Source: an uncultured Candidatus Saccharibacteria bacterium
GTDB lineage: Bacteria > Patescibacteriota > Saccharimonadia > Saccharimonadales > SZUA-47
Direction: 5' to 3'
DNA: 64,000 nt
Assembly: GCA_964536485.1 (NCBI GenBank)
Contig: CAZHXX010000004.1
Location: forward strand, 25,457-89,456
Position 1 is the first letter of the stretch, and the number at the start of each line of letters is the position of its first letter. A program made the position numbers and the translations under genes. Under the pieces are notes generated by a model that worked only from the letters and a program-made list of their open reading frames with translations, was not told the origin of the DNA and did not search any database. Shown here piece after piece: positions 44,201-54,031 of the stretch.

Positions 44201-44515
44201 TTAGTTATCGACGAATGGGTTACTTCTGCCTGGGTCAAACTTAGAGTCGACCTCATTTGCCTGATCGTTGAGGGCAGCTTTGAAATCTTCAAGTGTTTTG
44301 GCATCAATTTGTTTGTATTTGATAAGTGCCTTGCCCTCATTAAAACGTGTCTCATTTCTTGGGATGGTCAAAAAACTCTGCGTCCGTAAAAGGGCAAATG
44401 CAAGTGCTGCGCCAAGGATAACAAAAATTAATATGAATCGATGCCTTGTGGCGAGCATCAATGCTTTTTGCCCAGCAAGACGAAGTTTTTCAGTACTTTT
44501 TTTCATATCTTTCAT
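44201..44515 (-). CDS. Small membrane-anchored protein at the end of the pilMNO operon
   Basis: 104 aa with one TM segment (FILIFVILGAALAFALL). Same strand as pilO and 15 nt after its stop. Confidence 0.5.
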   Translation of the reverse strand: MKDMKKSTEKLRLAGQKALMLATRHRFILIFVILGAALAFALLRTQSFLTIPRNETRFNEGKALIKYKQIDAKTLEDFKAALNDQANEVDSKFDPGRSNPFVDN

Positions 44516-44530
44516 TACTCTATGCTATCC

Positions 44531-45115
44531 TTACGGTTTCAAAAACGCATTTAATGTTAGATTCACACTTGCAAGCTGGCCCGGAATCGCTTTGTCGGGG
44601 CTTATCTCTAGGTTTGCAATTTGAACAAGGCGACCATTCTGCTCAATTTCAACGAGTAGTCGCAACAAGGTTTCGTAGCTTATCTCTTCAACAGACATTG
44701 TGAAAGGATAAGAAAAGACACCGGCGACGTCTTTAAACTGTTCGGTTCCGGACAGATCAGAGGGACTTTCGTTGCTTGTAAAGTTGAGAGCACCAATATT
44801 CTTTTGTGGAATACCTGCTTCAGCACTAGCAGTAAACATGACATCTGCTATGAGTTTTTCTTGTTCTTTTTTGGTTGGAAGAAGCGTATTCAGCAATTTT
44901 TCAGACTCTTCAACATAGGTCGCACTCTTTTTTGTATTCTTTATAGCAATGATTTTCTCTTGGGCAACGTCAGTATCGGCCTGCAGGTCAGCAATAGTAG
45001 AAGCTTTTGCACCAAGTTGCTGGTTCCCCCAATAGAAGGCGCCAATAATACCGCAAAAGGACAACACAGTTGTCGCGATCATCACGTAGTAAAACTGTTT
45101 CGCGTCAAGTTTCAT
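44531..45115 (-). CDS. pilO: Type IV pilus assembly protein PilO-like
   Basis: 194 aa. N-terminal TM segment, then a coiled coil and an alpha/beta domain. It sits after pilN with zero-nt spacing. Confidence 0.6.
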   Translation of the reverse strand: MKLDAKQFYYVMIATTVLSFCGIIGAFYWGNQQLGAKASTIADLQADTDVAQEKIIAIKNTKKSATYVEESEKLLNTLLPTKKEQEKLIADVMFTASAEAGIPQKNIGALNFTSNESPSDLSGTEQFKDVAGVFSYPFTMSVEEISYETLLRLLVEIEQNGRLVQIANLEISPDKAIPGQLASVNLTLNAFLKP

Positions 45116-45772
45116 TTATTGTCCTCCCTTCTTTTCGGTGCTTGCCTGTGCTGCGGCGTCTGCTGCTGCCTTTTTTGCTGCTTCGGCAGCCGCAGCTTTC
45201 CGAGCTGCTTCCGCCGTTCCGGTGAAGCTTGCTGTAATAGAGGCATTCGCTTGGTAAGCAGGAATACTTCCGTCAGAGTTTGTTCCTCCTTTTGGAGTGA
45301 GCGTTGCTATGTCGGCTGCTTCAAACAGCTTTGAATCAACCAAGTTACGTATGGTGACTGGGCCCAAATCGGCAGTTCGCAAATCTACATCTAATTTAAG
45401 TGGGTCGGTGACACCGCCAGTTAGCGTCAGGGCATTAAGCACTACTCCATCTGGGAGTACGGCAGCAATTTTAGGAATAAGCTCAGAAAAACTGACGGAC
45501 TTTGCCTTAATATTCTTTGCTGTCTCGAGTCGCGTAGCTATAGATTCAATGGATTGTATGTCTTTTTCTAACAATGTAATTTCGTCTTGGCTCGTCTGTA
45601 GCTTTGTGCGCAGAGAGGGTTCGTCGGAGCCCACAAATTGAATTCCGGCAATCATAATACCAGCAGTAACAACGGCGGTTGCTAAGAGCGCAATGCTATA
45701 GCCAAAAAGCGAAATATTTTTTCTTCCATAGCGACGTGCTTCTTTTACTTGAGGAGGGAGAAGATTAATCAT
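45116..45772 (-). CDS. pilN: Type IV pilus assembly protein PilN-like
   Basis: MINLLPPQVKEARR N-terminus (PilM-binding motif) followed by a TM segment. 4-nt overlap with pilM. Confidence 0.7.
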   Translation of the reverse strand: MINLLPPQVKEARRYGRKNISLFGYSIALLATAVVTAGIMIAGIQFVGSDEPSLRTKLQTSQDEITLLEKDIQSIESIATRLETAKNIKAKSVSFSELIPKIAAVLPDGVVLNALTLTGGVTDPLKLDVDLRTADLGPVTIRNLVDSKLFEAADIATLTPKGGTNSDGSIPAYQANASITASFTGTAEAARKAAAAEAAKKAAADAAAQASTEKKGGQ

Positions 45773-46830
45773 TTCATAAGCTCCTGTGCCTTCACCATGC
45801 TAAGCCCGCTTGCGGTTGTATACATAGTTGTCTCTAGTTCGTGTGGAGGTTGAAGTTTTCCAAAAGAGATGTTGTTCCAGGGTGCACAAAGACGTGTTGG
45901 TACGCGAGTTTTGTCAGTGATAAAGGTACTTAGGCCTGGGAGATTTGCGCCACCTCCAAGAATAATAATTTGACCGATTGAACTCCCTACAGACTCTCTG
46001 TCGGCAAAGTAACGCATCACTTTACGAATCTCGGTGATAAGTTTATTGAGCTCTGGTTCAGCAGCCTTCACAATCTTGTCTTGCTTTTTACTTAGTTCAA
46101 GACCGTAACGAGTTTTTATGCCGTGCGCTTGTTGCAGGCTAACGCCGAGCGCTTCTGCAATGTGTTGTGTGATACGCTCACCGGAGCAATCAACGGTCCC
46201 CGTAGCACGAATCGCAGACCCATCATAGATTGATAGGTCGCAGGCACTTGATCCTATATCAACGATAAGAGTAGGGACATCATGTGCTTCTGCATGGACA
46301 ACAATTCGTGTGACGGCAGAGATATTTGACTCTATGAGTCCAACTTCTAGCCCAAGAGCATTAAACACCACAAGATATGAATCTATGATAACCTTAGGGC
46401 AAGCAACTACCTGAACCTCTATCTCACCGTTATCTCGCTCTTCCACGATGCCATAGTCGTAGTAGAGGTCTTCAAGTGCCATAGGGATTGATTGGTCTAC
46501 TTCGAGCTGAACAGCACTGGCAAGGTCTGATTTAGACATAGCAGGAAGCGTAAGCGCTCGACTAAAGCTATGGGCGTTAGGGAGTGAGATAGCGGCATGC
46601 CTCGTAGTAAGCTTACCTACAAGGTTTTTCTCGATAAGTTCGTAGGCGACTTTTATGATAGCTTCCGGATCGACGATGACACCATCTTTGATTGCGAGTG
46701 GGTCAAAAGTTGCAGTGCCGTATCCAGAAACTACAGCGCCCTTTTTTGTCTGCATGACCTGCATTATCTTGATAGTGCTTCGTCCAATATCGAAGCCAAA
46801 CATTGGTTTATCTTGGTAAAAAATGCCCAT
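45769..46830 (-). CDS. pilM: Type IV pilus assembly protein PilM (actin-like ATPase fold)
   Basis: FGFDIGRSTIKIMQV, VDIGSSACDLSI, ILGGGANLPGL. Confidence 0.85.
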   Translation of the reverse strand: MGIFYQDKPMFGFDIGRSTIKIMQVMQTKKGAVVSGYGTATFDPLAIKDGVIVDPEAIIKVAYELIEKNLVGKLTTRHAAISLPNAHSFSRALTLPAMSKSDLASAVQLEVDQSIPMALEDLYYDYGIVEERDNGEIEVQVVACPKVIIDSYLVVFNALGLEVGLIESNISAVTRIVVHAEAHDVPTLIVDIGSSACDLSIYDGSAIRATGTVDCSGERITQHIAEALGVSLQQAHGIKTRYGLELSKKQDKIVKAAEPELNKLITEIRKVMRYFADRESVGSSIGQIIILGGGANLPGLSTFITDKTRVPTRLCAPWNNISFGKLQPPHELETTMYTTASGLSMVKAQELMK

Positions 46831-46933
46831 CCCAGTATGTTCTTCTTCTCAATCCTTTATCAGTGGATTAGTGTTAGTCTTTAAGCATAAGTATAACGTA
46901 AAAAAACAAAAGACGCGAATGCTAAAAGCTTCA

Positions 46934-46966
46934 AATTAAAAACCCGCTCGTAGTTGAGCGGGTTTT
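46934..46966 (-). terminator. Intrinsic terminator after the pilin gene
   Basis: aacccgctc-gtagtt-gagcgggtt with T-runs on both strands, 18 nt beyond the pilin stop. Confidence 0.75.
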
Positions 46967-46983
46967 TGTAGAACCTAGTAAGT

Positions 46984-47445
46984 TTAGTTCAAACTAGTCT
47001 TAGAGTAAGCTGATTCCTTTTCAAGGTAAGCCTTCAAAACGTATTTGCCACAAGAGTGACCTGTTGCAGGTGTTGCACAGTTGCTATAGCCAGCATATGC
47101 GTACTCGTTATCGTTATCAACAGTTGGGCTTGGTGCATTAGTACTTGCAGTAAATGTTGAAGCAATCGTGTCACCATCAGCATCAAGCAACGCACCCTGG
47201 TCTATACCTGCAAACGTTCCAGCTGCAAGCGCTGAATCTGGGTAACCACCTTGTTCGTTATAGTACTCTTCAAGTTTCTGGTACAAGCTGTTAATGTCAT
47301 TCTTTCGAACAGTGTCACGTCCTTTTGCTTGTGCACCTTGGAAGTTCGTAAGAACTAAGGTTGCCAAGATACCGATAATAGCAATCACGATCAAGAGCTC
47401 GATGATTGTAAAACCGGCTTGTAGATTCTTTTGTAGTTTGAGCAT
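46984..47445 (-). CDS. pilA: Type IV pilin
   Basis: Class III signal MLKLQKNLQAG|FTIIELLIVIAIIGILA with Glu+5. C-terminal Cys pair (NCATPATGHSC). Confidence 0.92.
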   Translation of the reverse strand: MLKLQKNLQAGFTIIELLIVIAIIGILATLVLTNFQGAQAKGRDTVRKNDINSLYQKLEEYYNEQGGYPDSALAAGTFAGIDQGALLDADGDTIASTFTASTNAPSPTVDNDNEYAYAGYSNCATPATGHSCGKYVLKAYLEKESAYSKTSLN

Positions 47446-47518
47446 TGGAGCCCACCTCCTTGTGTTAATTATAAAGCGTTCTTTTACGTTATTACTTAGT
47501 AAAAGGCTTATGGTTAAG

Positions 47519-47547
47519 AGTATCTACGACTCGTCCTTGGGTGTCAA
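47519..47547 (-). promoter_or_regulatory. Putative pilin promoter
   Basis: On the minus strand: TTGACA (reverse complement of 47542-47547), a 17-nt spacer, then GATACT (reverse complement of 47519-47524). A strong SD aaggaggtg precedes the ATG. Confidence 0.55.
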
Positions 47548-47566
47548 GTTTTTTTTAATGTTTGGG

Positions 47567-48784
47567 CTAGATTTTGTTGGCGAGAGAGCTGATAGGACCA
47601 ATGACGCTTACTGCAATTAGCCCAACCATACCACCCATAACCACAATCAAAATAGGCTCCAGAATTGAACTAAGTCCGTCGACTGCCGCATCAACCTCTT
47701 CTTCGTAAAAGTCGGCTACTTTTACAAGGACAGTATCTGTCTGACCGGTCTCCTCTCCAATACTAAGCATTTGACTGACGATAGGAGGGAAGACGGCGCT
47801 TTTGCTGAGTGACACACTTAAAGGTTCGCCATTTGCTACACTTTTTGCACCATCAAGAAGTTCTTTTTCTACGACCGCGTTACCAACTGCTTTTGCCGTA
47901 ATCTCGAGTGAGTCAAGCACCGTTACCCCTGCGCCCATAAGACTAGCGAAGATACGCGAGAACCGCGCAACAATAATTTTCGTGACAATGATATTGATGC
48001 CAGGCAACTTTAAGAGTAGCTGATCTCTTGTTTTTCTTCCGCGAGGAGTTTTAAGAAACTTACGCAAATAAATAGCCGTTCCAACCACAACTCCAACGTG
48101 GATAAACCAAAAATTAATCAGAACATGGCTTATACCAAGCATTACTTTGGTAATAGTAGGCAGGTCGCCACCCGTAAGATCTGCAATAATGGTGCCAACT
48201 TTTGGCACCACTACGGTCATGAGGGCAATAAACACGAGTACCGTAATCGTAATAAGCACCATTGGGTAAGTCATAGCGGACTTAAATTTTGCCCGAATTG
48301 CGGCATCTTTCTCTTGTTGGATGGCAAGCTTTTTTAGAATTTCGTCTAGAATACCCCCTGCTTCACCAGCGCGGATCATGTTGACGTAAATAGGATTGAA
48401 CGCATCACTATGTTTTTCAAGCGCATCTGCAAATGCCATACCACCCTCGACGTCTTTGCTAATTTGGGTAAGGTGTTTTTTTAAGCCCGCACTCTCCGTC
48501 TGAGCATGCATCGTTGAGAGGCTACGAACAAGCGGAACCCCGGCGTTGATCATGGTAGCAAGTTGGCGAGTGAAGATGACGAGATCTTTTGGTTTTACCT
48601 TGTTGCTTTTGTCGAGAAAACCTATGTGTATTTCGCCCTTTTTCTTCTGAACTTTTTTTATGACCAGCGGCTTAAGCCGGAGACGAACCAATGAACTACG
48701 CGCTGCATTTTCATCTGCAGCCTCTAAAACGCCAGAGTGCTGTTTTTGATCTTCGCCGGTTGCAGTATATTCAAATTTAGCCAC
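47567..48784 (-). CDS. pilC: Type IV pilus platform protein PilC (GspF family)
   Basis: 405 aa with two T2SSF repeats and 3 TM segments. Confidence 0.9.
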   Translation of the reverse strand: MAKFEYTATGEDQKQHSGVLEAADENAARSSLVRLRLKPLVIKKVQKKKGEIHIGFLDKSNKVKPKDLVIFTRQLATMINAGVPLVRSLSTMHAQTESAGLKKHLTQISKDVEGGMAFADALEKHSDAFNPIYVNMIRAGEAGGILDEILKKLAIQQEKDAAIRAKFKSAMTYPMVLITITVLVFIALMTVVVPKVGTIIADLTGGDLPTITKVMLGISHVLINFWFIHVGVVVGTAIYLRKFLKTPRGRKTRDQLLLKLPGINIIVTKIIVARFSRIFASLMGAGVTVLDSLEITAKAVGNAVVEKELLDGAKSVANGEPLSVSLSKSAVFPPIVSQMLSIGEETGQTDTVLVKVADFYEEEVDAAVDGLSSILEPILIVVMGGMVGLIAVSVIGPISSLANKI

Positions 48785-48799
48785 GATATATCATCCTTG

Positions 48800-50593
48800 T
48801 TATTCTCGGGTTACTCGTAAGATTTCTTCTATAGTGGTCATGCCGAGGAGCGCTTTTATAAGGCCATCAAGTTGCATAGTAACCATACCTTCTTTAATGG
48901 ACTGAGCTTGAATCTCTTCGCTGGTGCCGTTGCTTACGATGAGTTTCTGAACTTGTTCAGTATTCTTGAGTACTTCATAAATACCCATTCTTCCTTTGTA
49001 GCCTGTTCGATCGTTTGGAAGATCTGCCTTTGGCCTCCAGAGCACTAGCTTGCTTGTCTTTGGCTTGCCAAAATGTTCCTGAGCTTCCTGAAGTAACTTA
49101 AAGATAACGTCCCAGTCTGCCTTTGTTTTGATGCCAAACACTCGCTCAATTTCTTTTCTTTCTTCTTCGCTTGGCGTGTACTGCTCGCAATCCTCTGCAA
49201 TTAAACGGCGCACCAGTCGTTGCCCAATCACCACCCGGACGACACTAGCAATAAGAAATGGCTCAATGTTCATGTCGAGGAGACGCGGAAGGCAGGTTGC
49301 AGCGTTGTTTGTGTGCAAGGTACTAAACACAAGGTGACCAGTCAAAGCTGCTTGCACGCCAAGACCAGCCGTTTCACCATCGCGAATCTCTCCCACCATA
49401 ATAATGTTCGGATCTTGACGGAGTAGAGCGCGGAGTCCGGCGACAAATGTCATGCCCGCTACTGGGTTTACTTGGGTTTGGTTAACACCCTCAAGCTTAT
49501 ATTCAACTGGATCTTCGATGGTGCTGATGTTGACATCGGGTTTATTGAGTATGTGAAGGACGCTGTGAAGCGTCGTGGACTTTCCAGATCCTGTTGGGCC
49601 GGTGACTAAGATCATGCCGTGTGGCTGAATACTTGCTTCTTGAATGTCGTGAAGAGCTTTGCCCCAGAAACCAAGTGTCTCTAGGCTTAGCGGTTCACTT
49701 GACTCATCAAGCACACGCATGACGACCTTTTCACCCTCAGTTATAGGCAGTGTAGACACACGAAACGCAAATATTCGACCATTCAATGAAATTTTAAACC
49801 GACCATCTTGTGGCGCACGGCGCTCGTCAATTTTAAGGTTAGACAAAATCTTAATACGCGACACTAAAGCGCTCAGGGTTCGCTTAGGAAGACGATTTGC
49901 TTCGCGCAAGACACCATCTACTCGGTAGCGAATAAGCACTTGTTTGTCGCGAGGCTCAATATGTATATCGCTCGCGCCAGACTTAATTGCATATTCTATG
50001 ATGAGATTGACCGTTTGTGCGATAGGGGAATCTTCAGCTATGTCTTCTTCAGTAATGTCCTCGTCATCATCCTCGTCGTCATCTTTTCCATCGGTAACTA
50101 TTTTTGATATTTCGTTGCCAATATTGCCTCGATACTGGTCAAGCACCGACAAAATATTAAAATGAGTTGCGATAAAAATCTTAATCTTTTGGCCAAAGAG
50201 CTTGTGAAGCACATCGAGCGCTTGAAGATCGTCAGGGTCTTCCATGGCGATGGAGCGAGGTTCTTCTTTGTCGTCAAGTGAGCCTTCAAATACCACCATG
50301 TTGTAGAGCTTTGCAATGTGTTCTGGAAGTTGTTTTAGAACTTCTTTACTGACTTCTTTTGCATTTATTTCGACGAACGGAACGCCAATTTCGTCAGCGT
50401 ATGCTTGTACAAGCTCTGAGTCGCTCATAACGTTTTGTTTTGTTATGAGCTCAGATAGATCAATTTTTTCGGTTTTTGCTTGTTCGAGCAGGGTAGCAAT
50501 TTTGTCATCGTCAAAAGCCCCACTTTTATGGAGTATCTCTACGACAGTTGACTCTGGAATTCTCATCTTTTGTATTTGGCGATACGAAGCCAC
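48800..50593 (-). CDS. pilB: Type IV pilus assembly ATPase PilB (GspE family)
   Basis: Walker A GPTGSGKSTT, Asp box, Walker B IMVGEIRD, His box, and an acidic linker DDDEDDDED. Confidence 0.92.
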   Translation of the reverse strand: MASYRQIQKMRIPESTVVEILHKSGAFDDDKIATLLEQAKTEKIDLSELITKQNVMSDSELVQAYADEIGVPFVEINAKEVSKEVLKQLPEHIAKLYNMVVFEGSLDDKEEPRSIAMEDPDDLQALDVLHKLFGQKIKIFIATHFNILSVLDQYRGNIGNEISKIVTDGKDDDEDDDEDITEEDIAEDSPIAQTVNLIIEYAIKSGASDIHIEPRDKQVLIRYRVDGVLREANRLPKRTLSALVSRIKILSNLKIDERRAPQDGRFKISLNGRIFAFRVSTLPITEGEKVVMRVLDESSEPLSLETLGFWGKALHDIQEASIQPHGMILVTGPTGSGKSTTLHSVLHILNKPDVNISTIEDPVEYKLEGVNQTQVNPVAGMTFVAGLRALLRQDPNIIMVGEIRDGETAGLGVQAALTGHLVFSTLHTNNAATCLPRLLDMNIEPFLIASVVRVVIGQRLVRRLIAEDCEQYTPSEEERKEIERVFGIKTKADWDVIFKLLQEAQEHFGKPKTSKLVLWRPKADLPNDRTGYKGRMGIYEVLKNTEQVQKLIVSNGTSEEIQAQSIKEGMVTMQLDGLIKALLGMTTIEEILRVTRE

Positions 50594-50753
50594 CCTTTTT
50601 ATCTTCCCAATCGTATCATGCTTATGCTCAAAGCGCTAGAGTTTCAAGAGGGATTATATTGTTCGCTTCGTCTAACTTAGCATGTTAATAGTTGTGTATA
50701 GACATATGCGCTATACTAGTAAGTACAAGAGTTGAATTAAAGAGGGAACAATC

Positions 50754-51785
50754 ATGGCAAAAGAGAAGGCATCAAAGAAGCTAGAAGACAAATCTACCAG
50801 TGATGAAGGGAAGCAAAAAGCACTCTCTCTAGCTATGGACCAAATTGAGAAACAGTTTGGTAAAGGTTCAATTATGCATCTTGAGGGAGACAACAGGATT
50901 GATGTTGAATGTATCCCTACAGGATCGTTGAGTCTTGATATCGCTCTCGGTGGTGGTATCCCAAAGGGTCGTATCATTGAAATTTATGGGCCGGAATCTA
51001 GCGGGAAGACAACGTTGACACTTCATGCAGTTGCCGAAGTGCAGAAGAGCGGCGGTACAGCAGCCTTCATAGATGCTGAGCATGCACTTGACCCAGCTTA
51101 CGCAAAGCGACTGGGGGTCAACATTGAGACGTTATTGGTGAGCCAGCCGGACAGCGGTGAACAGGCGCTTGAGATTGTTGAGACATTGGTCCGTAGTAAT
51201 GCGGTTGATATTGTGGTCATTGACTCTGTTGCAGCGCTTGTGCCTCAGGCAGAAATTGAAGGTGACATGGGTGACTCGCACATGGGCTTGCAAGCACGCC
51301 TTATGAGCCAAGCATTGAGAAAACTTACCAGTATTATTAGCAGAAGCAAGTGTACGGTTATATTTATCAACCAGCTTCGTATGAAGATTGGCGTGATGTT
51401 TGGCAACCCAGAGACAACAACGGGTGGAAACGCCTTAAAATTCTACGCAAGTGTACGCATGGATATTCGCCGCACCAGCCAGATTAAAGTTGGCGAAGAC
51501 GCCATCGGGAACAGAGTAAAAGTGAAAATTGTAAAGAATAAGATTGCTCCACCTTTCCGTGTGGCAGAGTTTGACATTATGTATAACCAGGGTATCAGTA
51601 CTGAAGGGGATGTTCTGGATCTTGCAACAGAGAAGGGAATTGTCGAAAAAGCCGGTGCTTGGTTTGCATACGGTGGGAGCAATGTCGCACAAGGCCGTGA
51701 GGCTGCAAAGCAGTATCTCAAGGATAATCCAGAAGTCCTAGCTGAAATTTCTGAAAAAGTCCGTGCTAGCGTCGCAGAGGCTTAG
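50754..51785 (+). CDS. recA: Recombinase RecA
   Basis: [10 protein letters not shown] and the [20 protein letters not shown] motifs. Confidence 0.98.
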   Translation: MAKEKASKKLEDKSTSDEGKQKALSLAMDQIEKQFGKGSIMHLEGDNRIDVECIPTGSLSLDIALGGGIPKGRIIEIYGPESSGKTTLTLHAVAEVQKSGGTAAFIDAEHALDPAYAKRLGVNIETLLVSQPDSGEQALEIVETLVRSNAVDIVVIDSVAALVPQAEIEGDMGDSHMGLQARLMSQALRKLTSIISRSKCTVIFINQLRMKIGVMFGNPETTTGGNALKFYASVRMDIRRTSQIKVGEDAIGNRVKVKIVKNKIAPPFRVAEFDIMYNQGISTEGDVLDLATEKGIVEKAGAWFAYGGSNVAQGREAAKQYLKDNPEVLAEISEKVRASVAEA

Positions 51786-51804
51786 CCTTCTTTGAGGGTG
51801 TTCA

Positions 51805-52413
51805 ATGAAGATAACCCAGCTTAAGCAACAAATAAAAGACGCTGAACGTGTGTCGGTATTTGTTGATGAAAAGTATAGTTTCTCGCTGACTCTTGACCAG
51901 GTACTCCAAGAAAAGCTAAAAAAAGGGGTTGAGCTTACCGTCGACCAACTTGAACGCCTGAAGAAGCTTAGTGGCGAAGGAAAACTTCGTTCTCGAGCAC
52001 TTGAGTGGCTCATGGGAAGACCACATTCTGAGCGAGAGCTTCGCGAGTATTTGTACCGTAAAAAGGCAGAAAAAGAGCAGATCGAAGCTCTTGTGAGTGA
52101 ATTTAGCGAAAAGAAATATATTAATGATGAAAATTTCGCCCGCTGGTTTGTTGAAGGTCGTCTACGAAAAAATAAGAGTGAACGGGCCATAAAAGCGGAG
52201 CTTATGAGCAAAGGCGTCTCCCCTTTAACTATACAAAGTGTAGTGACTGAACTTCGTAGCTCTACACAAAGTAGTGATAGGGAGACTCTTCAACATTTAG
52301 TTAACAAGTTACGTAAAAGAGCGCGTTATCAAGATGAGCGTAAGTTATTAAGCTACTTGATATCAAAGGGGTTTAGCTATAGCGATATAAAAGAGGTGCT
52401 TGAAGAAACATAG
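51805..52413 (+). CDS. recX: Recombination regulator RecX
   Basis: 202 aa immediately downstream of recA, with the repeated helical RecX pattern (SERELREYL, NDENFARWF). Confidence 0.8.
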   Translation: MKITQLKQQIKDAERVSVFVDEKYSFSLTLDQVLQEKLKKGVELTVDQLERLKKLSGEGKLRSRALEWLMGRPHSERELREYLYRKKAEKEQIEALVSEFSEKKYINDENFARWFVEGRLRKNKSERAIKAELMSKGVSPLTIQSVVTELRSSTQSSDRETLQHLVNKLRKRARYQDERKLLSYLISKGFSYSDIKEVLEET

Positions 52414-52415
52414 TA

Positions 52416-52937
52416 TTAGGCCGGTTGTTGAGAGCGTTCCAGACCTCTATTGCGTACTTTGCTATCTTTTATAACGATATAGCGATCGTTTATTTCAACA
52501 ATTTGGCTCCGGTCTATCATGAGCTGTTGGGAAGTAAAGCTTCTGAGTAAGCTTTGGCTTACATAGAGCTTTTTTATAAAGAGCGTTTGGTCGTCTACAG
52601 CGTAGTCTTCTACTTTTCCGATGGTACGCTTGTTTTCGTTCTTAACTGTTTTGCCGATTATTTCAAACCCCAGATCGATGATACTCCTCAAACGAATCAT
52701 GTCTTCGACGAGCGTGAGCGAGGTGTGGTCATTCACTACAATCCCTTTTGTGATGATATCTCGCACTTCGCCAGCGGGAAGTACGTATGCTTCTCTTTCT
52801 CGGAGTGCAGTTGCGTACCAACCTTCTATCTTGAGGTTGTTGGGGTTCAGCACCGGGCTGAGTGCATGTCCTATGGGGCCTCCGGTGCGAAGCGATAAGA
52901 TTTTGCGGTCATAATAGATACTTGATAGCTGAAGCAT
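52416..52937 (-). CDS. PRC-barrel-like domain protein
   Basis: 173 aa with two similar halves, each resembling a PRC barrel (ILSLRTGGPIGHA...; IGKTVKNENKRTIGKVEDY). The assignment is tentative. Confidence 0.4.
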   Translation of the reverse strand: MLQLSSIYYDRKILSLRTGGPIGHALSPVLNPNNLKIEGWYATALREREAYVLPAGEVRDIITKGIVVNDHTSLTLVEDMIRLRSIIDLGFEIIGKTVKNENKRTIGKVEDYAVDDQTLFIKKLYVSQSLLRSFTSQQLMIDRSQIVEINDRYIVIKDSKVRNRGLERSQQPA

Positions 52938-53013
52938 GGTACAAAACTAAGTATAGCAAGTTAGTACTTGCATAAGTACGCAGTATAAAACTGGTAAGAT
53001 AGACACAGTAGAA

Positions 53014-53490
53014 ATGAAAAAAGAATTCTCGACACATAACGAACAAGAAACGATTGCGCTGGGTATTGCTATTGGAAGTACTCTTCGTGGAGGAGAAATA
53101 ATTCTGCTTAAGAGTGATGTGGGCGGTGGCAAGACTACTTTTACACGTGGCCTAGCGGAAGGACTCGGGAGTTCTGAAGAGGTGAGTAGCCCTACCTTTG
53201 TGATAGCGCACGTGTACATAGGCAGGCACGAACTACATCACTATGATTTATATCGGCTTGGCGATATGGGGCTGATGAACGAAGAGCTTCAAGAAACAAT
53301 CAGTGACGGGAGCGCGGTCGTAGTCATCGAATGGCCAGATATAGTAGAGGCAACATTCCCCCCGGAGCGACTCGTGGACGTAACACTGCGCCGAACAAAG
53401 TCAGCTGAGACTGATCGAGATATGACATTTACTTTTCCGGAAACTCTCTCGTACATGTTTAGCTCTCTTCGTGGAGGGACAACCCCATGA
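53014..53490 (+). CDS. tsaE: tRNA t6A37 biosynthesis ATPase TsaE
   Basis: GDVGGGKTTFTRGLAEGLG...SPTF motif. Confidence 0.9.
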   Translation: MKKEFSTHNEQETIALGIAIGSTLRGGEIILLKSDVGGGKTTFTRGLAEGLGSSEEVSSPTFVIAHVYIGRHELHHYDLYRLGDMGLMNEELQETISDGSAVVVIEWPDIVEATFPPERLVDVTLRRTKSAETDRDMTFTFPETLSYMFSSLRGGTTP

Positions 53491-53873
53491 TGACGCTTGC
53501 GCTGCGCACCGATGCGCCCGTTGCCGAGCTTTATGTTTATCAAGACATGACGCTTATGGCAAAAGATACCTGGGAGGCGCACCGAGCGCTTTCAGATACT
53601 ATTCTAGCGCGAATTCATTTTCTGCTAGAGAGCGTCAACTGCTCGTATACTCAGGTTCAAAAAGTTATTGTCTATGAAGGGCCAGGTTCCTTTACTGGGT
53701 TACGGATTGGCCACAGTGTTGCAAATGCTTTTGCTTATAGCCTAGGTATTTCTGTTGTTGCGACGAGCGGAGATGATTGGCTTAGTAAAGGTCTTGAGAC
53801 TAGCGCGGGGCTTTTCACACCAGTAGCGCCTTTCTACGGTGCAGACGCACACATTACGCAACCAAAAAAGTAG
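53487..53873 (+). CDS. tsaB: TsaB-like protein, N-terminal domain only
   Basis: GPGSFTGLRIGHSVANAFA motif. It is only 128 aa. ATGA overlap with tsaE. Confidence 0.75.
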   Translation: MMTLALRTDAPVAELYVYQDMTLMAKDTWEAHRALSDTILARIHFLLESVNCSYTQVQKVIVYEGPGSFTGLRIGHSVANAFAYSLGISVVATSGDDWLSKGLETSAGLFTPVAPFYGADAHITQPKK

Positions 53874-53902
53874 TAATTAAATCAACACTCGTTATAAAAA
53901 TG

Positions 53903-53931
53903 TTGACAAGCATAACAGGTAAGAATACACT
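53903..53931 (+). promoter_or_regulatory. Putative promoter of the surface-protein gene
   Basis: TTGACA (53903-53908), a 17-nt spacer, then TACACT (53926-53931). SD aaggag at 54016-54021. Confidence 0.5.
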
Positions 53932-54031
53932 TCCCTTTGTAGTAATTAAAAACACGAAAACTGCAAAAAAGAAAAAGCTTTAAGAGGTGCTTCTCTTTTA
54001 GGCAGACAAAAGAAAAAGGAGAAATGTACAG

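Noticed and set aside
50640-50753. Possible SOS (LexA/Cheo) box upstream of recA
   Set aside because: The attgttcgcttcgtc segment has one CGAAC-like half-site but no palindromic partner at the correct spacing, and no lexA is in the window.
51738-52211. 157-aa minus-strand ORF
   Set aside because: It is antisense to recX, and its product is Ser/Arg-rich low complexity.
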